A DNA stretch of 64,000 nt from Amphiscolops sp. MND2022 (Eukaryota). The first letter of the stretch is position 1. Each line of letters starts with the position of its first letter. The position numbers and the translations under genes were made by a program. The notes beneath the pieces were generated by a model that saw only the letters and a list, made by a program, of their open reading frames with translations, was not told the origin of the DNA and ran no database searches. This document shows, in pieces, positions 61,228 through 64,000 of the stretch. Location: assembly GCA_964187785.1 (NCBI GenBank), contig OZ076409.1:43650001-43714000 (forward strand), given 5' to 3'.

Positions 61228-61764
61228 GTAAGAATTTGCTGCTTGAATATGCGTTGTGTTCTTCATCTTTCATCTTTTCTTGGTTCAACTTTGATTAATA
61301 TTTCAGCACTAGTGCCGAATTCTATGATAATTTTATTCAAGATGAGAAAAATAAAGTGTGGATTTCTTCGTTATAGTGATGGCTATCTGCTGCTTATGTT
61401 TGCATGTGCGTGATTTGCCAGCAAAAAACCTCCATGGTATAAAAAACTCTAAAGTATATTTTCGCTACCAAAAATATCCACGCGCAATACTTTTTTGTAT
61501 ATGCAATGAACAAAAAACTCACTAGCTGGAAAACATTTGTACTTTTGTTGAAACAAGAGTCCTAGAAATTAAATTAAGCTTGAGCCCATTCTCTTTGTGA
61601 TCATTTTGCTTTGTTTATACATAAAGGTTGGATTTTATCTCAAGAAAAATATTAAAAGTGTCAACCTGCCGTTTTTTGTTGTTGCCGTTGATTTTTGAAT
61701 CACTTTCTTGGAAAACTTCAAGACACAAATTAATATTATTTTTGTAATCTTTTAGTTTTCGGAA

Positions 61765-62391
61765 CAGAACTGAGATTAAGAATTCGTCCCCTATGCGATG
61801 AGCGTCGTTATCAACCAATTAGAATTGTGTATTTGCTCTCTATTTTAATTCTGATTGGCGCATCAAGTGAAATCTCCGGTGAAGAAAGAACACTTCTGCT
61901 ATTTTCCCAGTTTTGGGCAGATTTTTGATTTTTTTCTGAAAATTTTAAATTCATCGAATTCTACAGATCGTATAGAACTCAATGATATATTTTTTGTTTC
62001 AAAAACATTCTAAATGTATTCCTATCTTAATACATGCAAATCGACGAAATTATACTTTTCGAGCATGATATTTCAAAAACGGTTGATTATTTTTGAAATC
62101 GAAAAACATCCATAGATTCAGTAGATTTGTGCGAGTTATTTGAGCATAAAACTTGCCTAAAAAAGTGTGGATAAAACGGTTTAAAATTTGAAAAACGGAA
62201 GAAAAGCTTCAAATTTGCTCAAAATCAATTATATGTAACTTTCTCAACTTTTGTCCCAGAAATATTTAAAAACACTAAAATAAACTAGATGGAATTCTAA
62301 GAAACTTTTATTTCTGATGTTTTTCAAAATTTTCAACAGATTTCGAGAAAATGGAGCCTAAAATCGCCCCGTTTTCTTAATCACAGTACTG
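61765..62391 (+). mobile_element. Tc1/mariner-type MITE, copy A
   Basis: TIRs CAGAACTGAGATTAAGAA / TTCTTAATCACAGTACTG followed by TA; reverse-complement homologue of 62561-63233. Confidence 0.8.
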
Positions 62392-62560
62392 TATTTCATC
62401 GAATTTTAAAAAGCGTGTCAAATTGCTCTCCAGCGAAAAATGCTATATTTAGTTACTACGTACCATCGTTTAGCTTGTTTAGAATAGCATTATATCATTT
62501 ATTGGTAATGTCTCATTATCATGCTTTGTTATTTCATTGTTGAAACTGTTATTGTAAGTA

Positions 62561-63233
62561 CGGTACTGTGATTAAGAAAACGTCCCCGGGGCGATTTTAG
62601 GCTCGATTTTCTCAAAATCTGTTGAGAATTTTGAAAAACATCAGAGATAAAAATTTCTTAGAATTTCATCTAGTTTATATTAGTGTTTTCAAAATTTTTC
62701 TTGAACAAAAATTGAGAAAGTTACTAATAGCTGATTTTGAGCAAATTTGGGACTTTTTTCCGATTTTCCAATTTTCGACCGTTTTATCCACAGTTTGTTC
62801 GGCAAGTTTTATGCTCAAATAACTCGCACAAATCTAATGAATCAATGGATATTTTTCGATTTCAAAAATTATCAACCGTTTTCGAAATATCATGCTCGAA
62901 AGGTAAAATTTCATCGATTTACATGTATTAAGATAGGAAATGAACATTTGGCGGCGAAAAACTGCGGTTATTTCATCATTCAGAATGTTTTTGAAACAAA
63001 AAATATGTCATTGAATTCTATTCAATCTGCAGTTTTCGATGAATTTAAAATGTTCACGGAAAATTATTTCAAAAACCTGCCAATAACTGGGAAACTAGCA
63101 GAAGTGTTCTTTTTTCACCGGAGATTTCACTTGATGCGCCAATCAGAATTAAAATAGAGAGCAAATACACAATTCTAATTGGTTGATAACGACGCTCAGC
63201 GCATAGGGGGACGATTTCTTAATCACAGTACTG
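62561..63233 (-). mobile_element. Tc1/mariner-type MITE, copy B (inverted relative to A)
   Basis: TA|CGGTACTGTGATTAAGAAA ... TTTCTTAATCACAGTACTG|TA, i.e. TA TSD on both sides. Confidence 0.88.
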
Positions 63234-63702
63234 TATTGACAGCAAAAAGCTCAGGTATATGTAGCGAAGTGGAACGTAAAAATTTCACTCTGCGCATCAT
63301 AGATTCAAAGTATCAAATGTTTAAGGAGGTTTTTCTTCAAAGTCAGACCCCTTTCCAAAATAATGCATTAAAAATAATACCATTACCTTCTTTCCTACAG
63401 ATTTCTTTCGCGTCATTTATCTCGACTCCTCATTGAATAAACCTTGAATCGAAATCAGGCCCTAATGAAGCGCTTCGTGGGTTTTTGCTTGGAAAAAATG
63501 CTTTTCTAACAAAAAACAAATGTTGGAATGTTTTTTTGCGGTCATGAAGTGGATTGAGGTGTTGAAATTTTGAACGGTTGCAACACTTAGTGTCTTTTGC
63601 AATGGTTCGAAGCACCAAAACCTTTACATAATACTTGATATAGTTGTTCACGTGAAGGCTGTAAAGGCATGCAACCAAGTCTCTGTACCTTGTGCTTCGC
63701 AG

Positions 63703-63888
63703 GAAATTCTGGTCAAGACTGCAGGTGTAGGGGATGACATGTCCGCGGGAGATGTGCTTGCGGCCGAGAGGGGAGACAAGAGTGCCATGATGAGGGGTGG
63801 AGTGTACACTGCACGGACTCTCCGACCCTTGGATGGGGAACGCCCTAAAACTCCACCTGTGGCTAACCTGGGCCCATACACTCCGGAG
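63703..63888 (+). CDS. CCDC105: CCDC105/TEKTL1 next coding exon (3' boundary uncertain; gene presumably continues beyond the window)
   Basis: tgtgcttcgcAG acceptor, phase 0; ends RPKTPPVANLGPYTPE (cf. human QKTPPPDPVGTYNPA); the putative donor GTTAAC at 63889 is weak. Confidence 0.75.
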
Positions 63889-64000
63889 GTTAACGCCACT
63901 TTCACGTATAACCTGAAAAAACTTTCCATAAAAAACCATGTAGATTTTAATAAGTCAATTATGGTGATGTATGAAAACACTTCAGTCATACAATGACCAT

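Overview
AT-rich, repeat-dense eukaryotic DNA (metazoan, probably invertebrate; species not identifiable from sequence alone) with a 200-N scaffold gap at 18432-18631. Host genes: (i) the 5' part of a CCDC105/TEKTL1 tektin-like gene on + (exons 45897-46433, 58804-59010, a candidate 9-nt microexon 61219-61227, and 63703-~63888); (ii) two divergent DEG/ENaC-family channel paralogues on -, one intronless (12796-14196, apparent frameshift just after TM2) and one nested antisense in CCDC105 intron 1 and split by a ~430-bp insertion (52934-54815). Most of the rest is transposon-derived: a young full-length BEL/Pao LTR element (20341-28970, TSD ATACC) inserted in the gag of an older BEL/Pao, a decayed Gypsy (32363-36429), a gag-pro-only non-autonomous LTR element with a tRNA-Asn-like PBS (37285-45000, TSD CCACC), a decayed CR1/L2-group LINE, several MITE/Helentron-like elements, and a spliced, decayed Zn-finger/hAT-like gene paired head-to-head with an unknown ORF (520-6138). 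Most intriguing: a two-box cassette with conserved spacing shared by the LTRs of two unrelated LTR superfamilies, the microexon, and the hAT-like gene whose putative catalytic motifs are altered. All alignments and identities were done by eye.
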